This document shows positions 29,595 through 38,692 of a stretch of 57,361 bases of DNA, in pieces. The number at the start of each line of letters is the position of its first letter. Positions within the stretch are counted from its first letter, which is position 1. The position numbers were made by a program, and so were the translations under genes. The stretch comes from a virus. Its lineage: Duplodnaviria > Caudoviricetes. The notes under the pieces were generated by a model. That model was not told the origin of the DNA, did not search any database, and worked only from the letters and a program-made list of their open reading frames with translations. The stretch is from the IMG/VR virus record IMGVR_UViG_3300025725_000003, positions 1 through 57,361 of that record. The stretch is one strand, 5' to 3'.

Positions 29595-30443
29595 ATGTCC
29601 GCCGCTCCGATGTCGGGCAATCGTAATTTTAATCCGACTGTGCTAGGACTGCATCAAAACCAGCAGCTTTTGTTATTCATTCTTGTATTCCCGCTTATGG
29701 GATGTTTTATGCTCAGTATATATATGCTGGGATCTCACGTTGGCGTTTATGTGTCCATCGTATTTGGCATCCTTGAGCTATTGTTTTTCTTCGCGGTGGG
29801 AAGAAGCACAGCCTCACTATACCAATTTGAAAGAAACCTGAGGTTTATGTGGTCAGTACATCGTGGCACCGACTACATTAATAAATACGGGCATCACGGG
29901 ATACCGAAGGCCCGAAGTCTTACTCATATCAAAAAAGTACACGCCGGGGGCTATATTGAGTACTTTTTTGACAAGGAAAGGCCACACAATTGGGGGGGAA
30001 TAATCCACCTAAGTACTTTCACCCCCGAGGATCTCGACGCTTTTAAAGTAAACGTGGAAAGAATGTGTATTGGGCTTCCCGATCATTCGATTATTAAAAC
30101 AACTCTGAAAGTAAGATCTGATCTGACAGATCATGCCGAGTCAATCCGAAAGGAGCTCGGGAAGGAGGGTCTACCTCAAATCATCCGTGAATCAATGGAC
30201 GAACACCGTATAATGTGCGAACTCGCTAACGAGAAATCATACGAAAACCATATGTTAGTATTACTCTCATATAATGCATCTCCCGAGGGCGCAATGCATA
30301 AATTAGATATAATGATTGAGACAATTACCGAAATATTAGAAGGTATGAAAATCGGCTGTACCAGACTGCAAACCCCCGAGGCAATCGAGGATATGTTCTA
30401 TGGTGATATTACGTTTAACGTACATGGATTAAGGAGAATGTGA
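29595..30443 (+). CDS. VirB3/PrgI-like membrane protein
   Basis: LGL...Q then 2 N-terminal TMs and a soluble domain; upstream of the VirB4-like gene. Confidence 0.55.
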   Translation: MSAAPMSGNRNFNPTVLGLHQNQQLLLFILVFPLMGCFMLSIYMLGSHVGVYVSIVFGILELLFFFAVGRSTASLYQFERNLRFMWSVHRGTDYINKYGHHGIPKARSLTHIKKVHAGGYIEYFFDKERPHNWGGIIHLSTFTPEDLDAFKVNVERMCIGLPDHSIIKTTLKVRSDLTDHAESIRKELGKEGLPQIIRESMDEHRIMCELANEKSYENHMLVLLSYNASPEGAMHKLDIMIETITEILEGMKIGCTRLQTPEAIEDMFYGDITFNVHGLRRM

Positions 30444-30444
30444 C

Positions 30445-30603
30445 ATGGCAAAACAACTAGACACAGTGGGTATCCTAATTGGATATGCGAAGCCGGATGA
30501 AAACGCAGGAACTCCAATTATTTTGAATCTTTGCGACTCTAAATATCGGAGTAAGCATCTTGCCATATTCGGTGGTAGTGGATCGGGCATGAGGAGATTA
30601 TAA
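30445..30603 (+). CDS. 52-aa mini-ORF duplicating the Walker A region of the downstream VirB4 (catalytic K to M)
   Basis: LDTVGILIGYAK..ENAGTPI..N..DSKY.SKHLAIFGGSGSGM vs LDTEGILIGYAKHGENAGTPIFWNPNDSKYMSKHLAIFGGSGSGK; own AGGAG SD. Confidence 0.7.
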   Translation: MAKQLDTVGILIGYAKPDENAGTPIILNLCDSKYRSKHLAIFGGSGSGMRRL

Positions 30604-30604
30604 C

Positions 30605-33277
30605 ATGGCAAAACCACAGTACAAACCACACACCAACGATCATAGATTAACAACCCAGATGGCGCGCAAGGTAAGCAACGCTGTAAAAGGGATAGTATTC
30701 CGTTCAAAAGTGTGGTGGGAGACGTTTAGAGATTTTGAATATGAGAGGCTTTTGGAGGCAGAGGCTGCCTTCCTGGCTTGCCCCTCCTCGATTGAGTCTA
30801 CTGACAATGGTAACTTTTTAAGAATAAATGGAACTCGCCTGTCCCAATTATTCTACATTGCCTCGCCGTCTAAAATCGATCCCGCCGAAAGTGGGATACG
30901 AAAGAATGCTGATCCTTTCGTCCTTGATAAGATCATGGAAATTACGGACGATAAGAATATAGATCTGACCCTGACTCAGGTAATCTATAAGATGTCAAGT
31001 CTTGAGGATAGTCAGGAGACCGACAGAGAACTCACGAAAATGGATTGGATAAAAGACACGGAGGTTACAACATCGGGCAGGTACTCGCGGAGAATAGATC
31101 ACTACATCGAGGATATCGAGTCCGCCAGTAAACAAACATATGACGGTACCCACCGACCGTTTAAACAACTTGTCATCGCCCGAGTAGACGGGGACGACGA
31201 GCAGAAAGTAGAATTTCATAGTACTCACCTACAGATGATACTTAGAGGACATGGAGTCCTTACAGAAGTACCAAAAGGCGGTCAACTCGAAGCACTTAGA
31301 TCTAGTTTGATGTCTAATGATATCGTCAAGGGTGCGGTCCTTAAAACAATGTCCGATGTTGTTGCTGCTATGTGGCCAGGGAGGAACCCAAACCAGTGTC
31401 TGGACACAGAGGGTATCCTAATCGGATATGCGAAACATGGTGAAAACGCTGGAACTCCAATTTTTTGGAATCCGAACGACTCTAAATATATGAGTAAACA
31501 TCTTGCCATATTCGGAGGCAGTGGATCAGGCAAGAGCACATTACAGCTTTACATTGACTACAACGCCGTGCTTGCCGGCTGTGACTTTGTACACATATTC
31601 CCAAAAGAAGACATGGGAACCTCCGCTATCCGGATGATAGAGGCAATTGATGGGCAATTAATAAAGATTGGTGATAATGGGCAGAACTTTAACCCGCTCA
31701 TGGTCAATTACAATCCAAAAACGCACGGAAAGGATATCCTAGATCGGAAAAAAGCGTATATTAGACACAAGGAATCAGTCGCGAACTTTGCTAATATCAT
31801 CATCGGTGAGGGGTTTTCATCCTCAATGTCCGGTGTCTTCAAGAGATCTCTCTCCGAACTGTACGAGAAAGCCGGATTTGTAGATAAGAATGCTACGCCT
31901 ATCAACTTTGATCAGTGGGACGAAGGTAAGAAATGGCCATCGCTTGGTGATCTCGTGAACAAATGGGAATTGTGGGTTACAGATGATGATAAGAAGAAAG
32001 ACCGTACCACCCTTAAAGCGCTAATAAACCACTTTACAGACATCAAACAAGGTGAATCATTGAACTGGTTAGATAACCATGATTCATTTAATGCGTCTGG
32101 GCGGTTTATCTGTATCGACGTTTCAGACCTGAAAGATAATAAGAGATACCAGGACGCAGTAACTGTCCTACTGGTTGACATTATCAACACTAGGTTAAAA
32201 TCACCCAATATGGAGGCTTACAAGAAAAAGAATCGAACTATTATCATGCTCGACGAGGGAGCAAACCTTCTTGAAAACCCAGGAATGGAGAGGTATATCA
32301 AACGTTGGTTCAGAGAAGCAAGAGCAGGCAAATGTAGTATCATTCTCGACAATCAGGATACTCTTGGTGTGAAAAACATCCTGCCTATCCTGAAAGCAAA
32401 CACCGACGCGACTATATTCATGTGTAATATGTCTTCTGAAAACATTTCAGAGTTTGGAAAAGATTACCACTTTTCGGAGAAAGATAAAAACTATCTTATG
32501 GAACCTCCAGACGGAGACATTCGGAAGTTCCTCTTTGTGATGAATGGATCAAAGATCAAAGGTAGGGTCATTCTGAGTAACACACAGTCAAAAGTTTTCT
32601 TTGACAAGGAAATCGAAACACCACTATCAGGCGAGAGCTATTCGAAATGTGGGTATGAGCTATTAGACGGACTAGAGTGGATCAGGGACAAAGGTATAAT
32701 GTCAGATGATTGGATCTCTGGAATGAGGGACTCCGACCTCTCAGGGTGGACTAGAGTAACAAAGTTGACGCCTCCCGTAGTTGGCATGTCAAAGGTGATT
32801 TGGTTTAGAAACGATATCGTAAAGTTAAGTAAGATAAGCGGGGAATCGCCTGACCACTATGCGACCTGTTACCTGCTTGCGGGTGAACTAATCAGGGTCG
32901 GTTGTGCAAACGTATGTGTGAATAATTGGGGCGGCCAGGGTAAAGAAGACGCGGATGTTACCTGTGTTACTCCAGACGGACGCCGGCTATGGATGGAATA
33001 TGAGCATCCAAATTCACATCGTGAAGCTAAGATTGCGGATAAGAAGACCAAACAGATGCGATTCTGTGACGTATGGCGCTGTGTATGCCAACGGAAGAAT
33101 GAGGCAGTAGTCAAGAAGGCTGTCGGCGAAGACTTCTATATGGTAAGGGGTGAGGCTGTCAAAAACTACCTTCAGCAACTCTCCCGCTCTAATCCGATGA
33201 GGTATGATGGAGCGGGGCAACCAACGGAGGCCTTAAACCCCTCCGATTTTGGGGTTACTACCGTAAGTGAAGTATAG
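30605..33277 (+). CDS. VirB4-like ATPase with a C-terminal nuclease-fold-like extension
   Basis: G..IG, H.AIFG.SGSGKS, NFNPL, IMLDEG, REAR...IIL.NQ motifs; C-terminal D.D...W.EYE. Confidence 0.82.
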   Translation: MAKPQYKPHTNDHRLTTQMARKVSNAVKGIVFRSKVWWETFRDFEYERLLEAEAAFLACPSSIESTDNGNFLRINGTRLSQLFYIASPSKIDPAESGIRKNADPFVLDKIMEITDDKNIDLTLTQVIYKMSSLEDSQETDRELTKMDWIKDTEVTTSGRYSRRIDHYIEDIESASKQTYDGTHRPFKQLVIARVDGDDEQKVEFHSTHLQMILRGHGVLTEVPKGGQLEALRSSLMSNDIVKGAVLKTMSDVVAAMWPGRNPNQCLDTEGILIGYAKHGENAGTPIFWNPNDSKYMSKHLAIFGGSGSGKSTLQLYIDYNAVLAGCDFVHIFPKEDMGTSAIRMIEAIDGQLIKIGDNGQNFNPLMVNYNPKTHGKDILDRKKAYIRHKESVANFANIIIGEGFSSSMSGVFKRSLSELYEKAGFVDKNATPINFDQWDEGKKWPSLGDLVNKWELWVTDDDKKKDRTTLKALINHFTDIKQGESLNWLDNHDSFNASGRFICIDVSDLKDNKRYQDAVTVLLVDIINTRLKSPNMEAYKKKNRTIIMLDEGANLLENPGMERYIKRWFREARAGKCSIILDNQDTLGVKNILPILKANTDATIFMCNMSSENISEFGKDYHFSEKDKNYLMEPPDGDIRKFLFVMNGSKIKGRVILSNTQSKVFFDKEIETPLSGESYSKCGYELLDGLEWIRDKGIMSDDWISGMRDSDLSGWTRVTKLTPPVVGMSKVIWFRNDIVKLSKISGESPDHYATCYLLAGELIRVGCANVCVNNWGGQGKEDADVTCVTPDGRRLWMEYEHPNSHREAKIADKKTKQMRFCDVWRCVCQRKNEAVVKKAVGEDFYMVRGEAVKNYLQQLSRSNPMRYDGAGQPTEALNPSDFGVTTVSEV

Positions 33278-33408
33278 TTGTATAATAGCTCTATATTTTT
33301 CATCATTTTTTGGTCAGCCGTGAGTGGTATATCGTTTATCACCGCGTCGTGTCGTATGCGTTCCGGATGCATGGGAAACCTATATAAACTTACACAACAC
33401 TAAGCGAA

Positions 33409-33783
33409 GTGGTGATTTTTATCAAACGTGTTGCGAAATATGATGATTCTACCTCAACTGGCAAATTTTACGCTTTAGATCTGGATGTCTGGGCGGAAAC
33501 TGAACACCGCATTACAAGTGACAAGCGTTTAGGCATTGGCAGGGACACCGCCGGAGCAGAAACGGCAATTTTTATTCAAGTCGGGCACGATGGTGAGACT
33601 TTTAAGATACATGACGACAATGGGAGAGAGTTTCTGTTTTTCAATCGTCGAAATTGGATTGAATTGAGAAAAATGAAAGGAACTGATAAATATAAGCCAA
33701 TGTTTGTAAGTGAAAACGGAACGATTTGGATCGGAGAAAGTTTCAAAGGTTGCAACATCCGAGTATTTACTAAGTTGGAGTGA
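33409..33783 (+). CDS. Hypothetical protein
   Basis: ORF after a TATA box (CTATATAAA). Confidence 0.55.
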   Translation: MVIFIKRVAKYDDSTSTGKFYALDLDVWAETEHRITSDKRLGIGRDTAGAETAIFIQVGHDGETFKIHDDNGREFLFFNRRNWIELRKMKGTDKYKPMFVSENGTIWIGESFKGCNIRVFTKLE

Positions 33784-33789
33784 AAAAAA

Positions 33790-34251
33790 ATGACCTTTAA
33801 TTATATTATAAAAGGTGTAAGAGTAACACCGTTACATATATTCGCAATACTCGCGCTTCTCACGCTTGGGGGGGCCGCTGCTATTTTAAACCAACCTGCG
33901 GCAACTTTTCCAATCGGTAGTCACGACAATAATCCGATACTGGACTCCGCCTCATATGGTCAGCCTTCTGACTTTAGAGACCAAAGATTAGCCGAGGCTC
34001 AGGGGGTCGATAATATAGTTAATAACGTTCTAAGTGGTGCAGTTAAACCCGGAGATGGAAGTCACCGGTTATTCGAGATTGAATTTTATGCTAAGAGCGA
34101 TATTGACATGTCACCCGAGGACACTGCAACCAATGTTAAATATGTTGACTTCGTGATGTCTTCCGAGGATGTTATCAATTCATATATGTATAAAACAGGC
34201 AATGTTGACGAAATGCGAGCTTTAACTAAAGAAAAAAGAGATAAAATTTAA
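33790..34251 (+). CDS. Single-TM membrane/secreted protein
   Basis: N-terminal hydrophobic helix; GGAGTGA SD. Confidence 0.6.
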   Translation: MTFNYIIKGVRVTPLHIFAILALLTLGGAAAILNQPAATFPIGSHDNNPILDSASYGQPSDFRDQRLAEAQGVDNIVNNVLSGAVKPGDGSHRLFEIEFYAKSDIDMSPEDTATNVKYVDFVMSSEDVINSYMYKTGNVDEMRALTKEKRDKI

Positions 34252-34424
34252 AAGATGCCATTTGATTTTTGAGTCATCGCTTCCATTTCCTGCCCGGTCT
34301 TCCAATATTCGATAAGTGTGGAAACTACATCCTCGAAAGAATCCCCGGCTCGCCCTAAATTTCTTAATTTCTCTTTTGTTGTGATTGTTATTCGTATATG
34401 TTCAGTTGCCCATTCTTTTTCCAT
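34248..34424 (-). CDS. Ribbon-helix-helix/antitoxin-like regulator (58 aa)
   Basis: MEKEWATEHIRITITTKEKLRNLGRAGDSFEDVVSTLI; divergent from the capsid operon. Confidence 0.7.
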   Translation of the reverse strand: MEKEWATEHIRITITTKEKLRNLGRAGDSFEDVVSTLIEYWKTGQEMEAMTQKSNGIF

Positions 34425-34512
34425 AATTTAAAACGGCATTGTACGTATATCAAGTTAACGGCGTGACCATATATAATAGACTTACAAATCGTTGGTGGAA
34501 GGCAACCAAAGG

Positions 34513-34539
34513 TATTTAAATATTCACAGTGTTAACAAT
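34513..34539 (+). promoter_or_regulatory. Late promoter TATTTAAATA-TTCACAGTGTTAACA of the capsid operon (leaderless)
   Basis: Shared motif 5 nt before ATG 34545; no SD. Confidence 0.7.
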
Positions 34540-34544
34540 ATAAC

Positions 34545-35570
34545 ATGACTGTTTTTATTGAGGGACCCGCTCTCCCATTGGATATTAAAAATGTCAATGG
34601 TTGGGGAGTCCATACTTCCGACGCGGGTGCGGCTGTCTCTTCTCTCAAATCGTCTGTCATCCGTGTATGCGCACGTGATAGTCCGCACGGATGCGACATT
34701 TCAGAAGACCCGAATCGAGAGATCGGGCACATCGTTGATGCGTGGCAACAGAACGGCGTGGTAATGACAAAAGCTGCGATTACGGATACAGTCGCGAAAC
34801 AGAAGATCCAGGATGGGACGTGGGGGAATAAATGGTCGGTATACGCTCCGAATTATGACTCGTTAAACGACGGGTGGGCTAAAGGAATAAATATAAAATC
34901 TCTTACACTTGTTCAAAATCCTGCATGGGCCGATGCTCATTATGATTTATCGGCATCCGCAGACGGGAAATATGAATTGAGAAACGTTTCAGATTTTACA
35001 ATAATCACATCACATAAACCAGAAGGTGAAATAATCACGAAAGAACTCGAAGATAAAAACACAAATATCGAAACACCACTTTCAGCCGCTGCCAAAACAT
35101 GCGTAGAGCAGTTGGCGGAAATGACTCTGTTGATGGATGGAATGAAAAAAAAGTCATCCATGCAGGCATCTACAATCGAAGAACTTACAGCTTCGAAGGC
35201 AACTCTTGAAAAAGAAATAGGTGATAAAACAACGTTAATCGCATCGCTCGAAACGAAGGCAGCTGGATCTATGACAATTGAACAAGCCGAAAAATGGTTT
35301 GATATCAAAATGACGCAAGTGAAAGAAGCAGACAACCTTTCGGCTGCTAGAGACAGATTCATTGCAGCCAGGCAGGGAATTGGGGAAGAAGACACAAACA
35401 TGGATGAATATTCAGCACTGACAGCTTCCGCACTTGATAAAATAACCGGAACCTACCGGAAACTTTCGGTAAGTGAACCAGGAAGTGGGCCTGCTCCTAA
35501 ATATCCAGATACCCCAGCCGGCGGAACTGTTGGAAACTGTAACGCTGGACCCGGAGAGTGGAAAGTATGA
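34545..35570 (+). CDS. Prohead protease-scaffold fusion
   Basis: N.NGW, H..D...IG.I, WSV, LTLV.NPA.; C-terminal coiled coil. Confidence 0.75.
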   Translation: MTVFIEGPALPLDIKNVNGWGVHTSDAGAAVSSLKSSVIRVCARDSPHGCDISEDPNREIGHIVDAWQQNGVVMTKAAITDTVAKQKIQDGTWGNKWSVYAPNYDSLNDGWAKGINIKSLTLVQNPAWADAHYDLSASADGKYELRNVSDFTIITSHKPEGEIITKELEDKNTNIETPLSAAAKTCVEQLAEMTLLMDGMKKKSSMQASTIEELTASKATLEKEIGDKTTLIASLETKAAGSMTIEQAEKWFDIKMTQVKEADNLSAARDRFIAARQGIGEEDTNMDEYSALTASALDKITGTYRKLSVSEPGSGPAPKYPDTPAGGTVGNCNAGPGEWKV

Positions 35571-36031
35571 CATTTGGATTTGTAAAACCTTTAAATTCTA
35601 TAGTAGTGGATGATAACAGCGGCGGGAGAAAACCGCTTATTCAGGGCCTTAAAGTTGAGGTTGCTGCAAACATGTATCCTGGCCGTCTTGTTATTAAAGG
35701 AACAAATGACGACGACGCCGTAGTGTCGGGTGCTTCTGGACTCATAACCGGGTGGCTTGGCTATGAACAGGCGGATCCTAATTTTCAGCCCGTTGATGTT
35801 GACACCCTTTACGCCGCAAACGATACTGCCCCGGTTTTGTATGGCAGTGGTTTTGTTCTCGTCGCATCTCTTGCTGCAACTCAGACAATAGTGAAAGGCG
35901 ATCGTCTTAGCGCTGGGGCGTTAGGTCAGGTCGTTAAGACGGTCTCCCCGGCCGTTATTGTAGGCGTCGCAATGGAAACCGTTACAACCACCGGCAGCGC
36001 GGCTGATATCATGGTACTTAGTTTGATCTGA
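35567..36031 (+). CDS. Capsid decoration/cement protein
   Basis: Between protease and MCP; PGRLV, GDRL...GQVV...VGVA.E (DUF2190-like). Confidence 0.7.
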   Translation: MTFGFVKPLNSIVVDDNSGGRKPLIQGLKVEVAANMYPGRLVIKGTNDDDAVVSGASGLITGWLGYEQADPNFQPVDVDTLYAANDTAPVLYGSGFVLVASLAATQTIVKGDRLSAGALGQVVKTVSPAVIVGVAMETVTTTGSAADIMVLSLI

Positions 36032-36041
36032 GGTGGGAAAA

Positions 36042-36911
36042 ATGGTAACCGCAATAGCAACTTTTTCAAAGAAACTTGATCAAAAATTGGTCGATCCCCT
36101 CCGAAATGTACTGAAGGGTCGTAAACTGGTATATGTGACCTCTCCACAGGGCTTCGGTGTCTCATCGGTGGACTGGGGAACAATTACCGACGTATCGGAT
36201 GGTATGGTATCATATGGATTCCGCGGTGGAGTCCAGGACACAATCGGAGTCAATCTCCAAAATTCAAAAGTTCCGGTCTATTGGAAAGATTACGTGGTAG
36301 ACCGCAGACTATTCGAAAGCTGGCAGGGCAACGGGATTAATATTGACGCCGCAAGTGCAATCGCAGCCGCGTACAAAGCAGCTAAGGCTGAGGATACCGC
36401 AATCATTATGGGTGTGTCAAACGATGGCACGAACTATGATATAAACGGATTATATAAATCTGCAGGGAATAACGAATCTACCGCCGCAGACTTTGCAACA
36501 TTCGGAATGGCTACAACAAAACTGGGTCTTGCATTTCAAATGATGGATGATGATGGGATTCCCGTTGACTCACTTGCGTTTAACTGGGCACTTTCGTCTG
36601 TTCAGTACAGACAGTTGATGGCAAGTAGGTCAGCAAATGGAGTCAGAGAACTGCCTGATGTAATTGATATGCTCAATGGTGGATCTTTGTATTCGATGGG
36701 TACTATCCTTACAGCAGGTACAGGAATGCTCCTTCCAACTCCCGCAGTGGGAGAACCTTACATAGACTTCTACCTGACCTCCGATTTTAAGACCGAGCAT
36801 GGTTTTGACAGCAATCATCCAGACACTGGAGATCTGACTGGACGTGTTTATAGTGCTGGTATCCTGAGAGTAAAACAGGCCAACGCCATCACCGCAACAA
36901 CTGGAATTTAA
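36042..36911 (+). CDS. Major capsid protein (HK97 fold, encapsulin/linocin-like)
   Basis: LD..LV..LR..L.GRKLV, P...KD..V..R, AA...AKAED..I..G......GL. Confidence 0.85.
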   Translation: MVTAIATFSKKLDQKLVDPLRNVLKGRKLVYVTSPQGFGVSSVDWGTITDVSDGMVSYGFRGGVQDTIGVNLQNSKVPVYWKDYVVDRRLFESWQGNGINIDAASAIAAAYKAAKAEDTAIIMGVSNDGTNYDINGLYKSAGNNESTAADFATFGMATTKLGLAFQMMDDDGIPVDSLAFNWALSSVQYRQLMASRSANGVRELPDVIDMLNGGSLYSMGTILTAGTGMLLPTPAVGEPYIDFYLTSDFKTEHGFDSNHPDTGDLTGRVYSAGILRVKQANAITATTGI

Positions 36912-36924
36912 GGGGGTTGATTCA

Positions 36925-37203
36925 ATGGTCAAAGTAAAAGTGATATTGGGTAAAATTGCAGTCGGTGTCGTCGGAAACAAGGACGCCGGTATAAAAGAAG
37001 AGGAGACCCGTGTCTATCGGAGAGGGGACATTTTTGACTGCCCCGAAGATCGACTGGACGCCGTCTCTAGTAGTAACCAGATCGAGATACTCGAAAAACC
37101 GAAGTCACTGGAACACGCCAACGTCTACGGGGCCACAGATCGCAACCCGGCTGAAACAACCGTAAAATCACAACCCGCGGCCCAGTCTCCCGTGAAAAAG
37201 TAA
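36925..37203 (+). CDS. Small head-associated protein
   Basis: After the MCP; YRRGDIF motif. Confidence 0.55.
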   Translation: MVKVKVILGKIAVGVVGNKDAGIKEEETRVYRRGDIFDCPEDRLDAVSSSNQIEILEKPKSLEHANVYGATDRNPAETTVKSQPAAQSPVKK

Positions 37204-37212
37204 GGTGGTTTC

Positions 37213-37602
37213 GTGGCTCTATGTACCGTTGCCGATGTTCGAATACATGCAAATCCCGCGTCAGTTAGTGACCTCGAAATAACAGGTATAATTGCAAGTG
37301 TCACTACTGGAGTACTTACAAAATCTGGAGCTATAAATGCTTCTATACCATCGATATATCAGGCAATCGTTCACGGGGCCGCAGCCGTCACACTGAAAAG
37401 AGCGAGAGTAAACGGTGAGTTGGCTTCAAGTGTTGAAACGCCAGAAAGTAAGATTCAGAATCCCGATATCAAAGAGGAAATAAAATACCACGAAGAAGAA
37501 AGCAATTTTTATCTCCAAATATATAGAATGTCTTCTTTCTCTTCTTCTGGTTTCTCTCCTTCTGGTAGAATGGGCTATAAAACGGTTAACAATATGGAGT
37601 GA
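37213..37602 (+). CDS. Head-tail adaptor
   Basis: MALCTVADVR N-terminus; position. Confidence 0.7.
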   Translation: MALCTVADVRIHANPASVSDLEITGIIASVTTGVLTKSGAINASIPSIYQAIVHGAAAVTLKRARVNGELASSVETPESKIQNPDIKEEIKYHEEESNFYLQIYRMSSFSSSGFSPSGRMGYKTVNNME

Positions 37603-37603
37603 C

Positions 37604-37918
37604 ATGTTTTTCCCTTCGACGGTGACACTCAGACCCTGTATCTCCACCGATGCTCATCATAAGCATACCTATGGGATTTCATCTACACCGTCATGCAAAT
37701 ATGCGAAAAACGATCAGGTCGTTAAAGATCAAAACGGGGCAGATCTTCTAACAGTGGCCTGGTTGCAATTTCCGTTAGGTACATTGGTTTCAGTAGACGA
37801 CCAAATATTACTTCCTGACAATACTAACGCTCCTGTGGTTCTTGTTCGGACTATTCATTATCCTCACAACGGGCTAGAAATGTGTATCGAAGTGTATCTA
37901 GGCAAGGAGTCGGTATAG
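37604..37918 (+). CDS. Head closure protein
   Basis: beta-rich 104 aa in the neck cluster. Confidence 0.65.
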   Translation: MFFPSTVTLRPCISTDAHHKHTYGISSTPSCKYAKNDQVVKDQNGADLLTVAWLQFPLGTLVSVDDQILLPDNTNAPVVLVRTIHYPHNGLEMCIEVYLGKESV

Positions 37919-38271
37919 TGCCTGGCGCGGTTGAGTGTATCGCCAATCTTGCCCTGACAAAAGTAAGATTAGACGCGGCATCAAAGGCAGTCGTAAAACA
38001 GCATTGCAACGAAGTGCTCCGGAAGTCACAGACAACATATTGTCCGAGGGACACAGGCAATTTAATGCGTTCGGGGAATGTTTTTCAGTTCAAGGATACC
38101 CCTACAGAATTTAGTATGAGGGTGACTTACACCGCCGCGTATGCACTAAAACAACACGAGCTCCCATTTCACCATGCAGTGGGACAATGGAAGTATCTTT
38201 CGACTCCGTTTAATGAGATGTCTAGTCAACTTGTGAAAAAGTTAGAAGCAGCTTGGAGTTCTTCACTATGA
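37918..38271 (+). CDS. HK97 gp10-like neck protein
   Basis: CPRDTGNLMRS, YA..QHE, WKYL..P. Confidence 0.8.
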   Translation: MPGAVECIANLALTKVRLDAASKAVVKQHCNEVLRKSQTTYCPRDTGNLMRSGNVFQFKDTPTEFSMRVTYTAAYALKQHELPFHHAVGQWKYLSTPFNEMSSQLVKKLEAAWSSSL

Positions 38272-38651
38272 CCTGGGTCGAGGACATCGGAGCATATATT
38301 CAGGCCAACGGGATAGGCACACAAGCAATTGATATCTACTATCAAGGATTCAGTCAGACCCCCAATTGTATCGCTTTATTTGTGCAGGCGGGACAGTCTG
38401 ATAAATATACACTCCGCAAAACTCAGGTCCTTAAACGCCCCGAACTTGGTGTAAGAGTCCGTAATGTAGACGACACAACCGCGGAAACAAAAGCAACTAA
38501 CATTTATACACTTCTAAATCTAATTTCGAATCAGATAATCGGGTCTACACGTTTTAAAAAGATCAAAGCCATGTCAGATCCGTTTTTCGTTTCCCAAGAT
38601 GACAATAATCGCTTTATATATAGTATAAATTTTTCATTGGAAATTGGATGA
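38268..38651 (+). CDS. Tail terminator
   Basis: P...VRVR, D.N.R..YSINF pattern. Confidence 0.75.
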   Translation: MTWVEDIGAYIQANGIGTQAIDIYYQGFSQTPNCIALFVQAGQSDKYTLRKTQVLKRPELGVRVRNVDDTTAETKATNIYTLLNLISNQIIGSTRFKKIKAMSDPFFVSQDDNNRFIYSINFSLEIG

Positions 38652-38692
38652 TTACATGGTAAAAAACATATCGACGCATCCGGAGCTAAATA

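Noticed and set aside
30445-31540. Diversity-generating retroelement TR/VR pair (also considered for 23583/25124 and the Asn-rich repeats)
   Set aside because: Mismatches are not confined to adenines of one copy, and no reverse transcriptase is encoded
25091-33277. Integrated pleolipovirus (spike, membrane protein, NTPase)
   Set aside because: The 890-aa ATPase has VirB4-type motifs and is preceded by pilin/VirB6/VirB3-like genes; no separate Rep or integrase; not fully excluded without HMM searches
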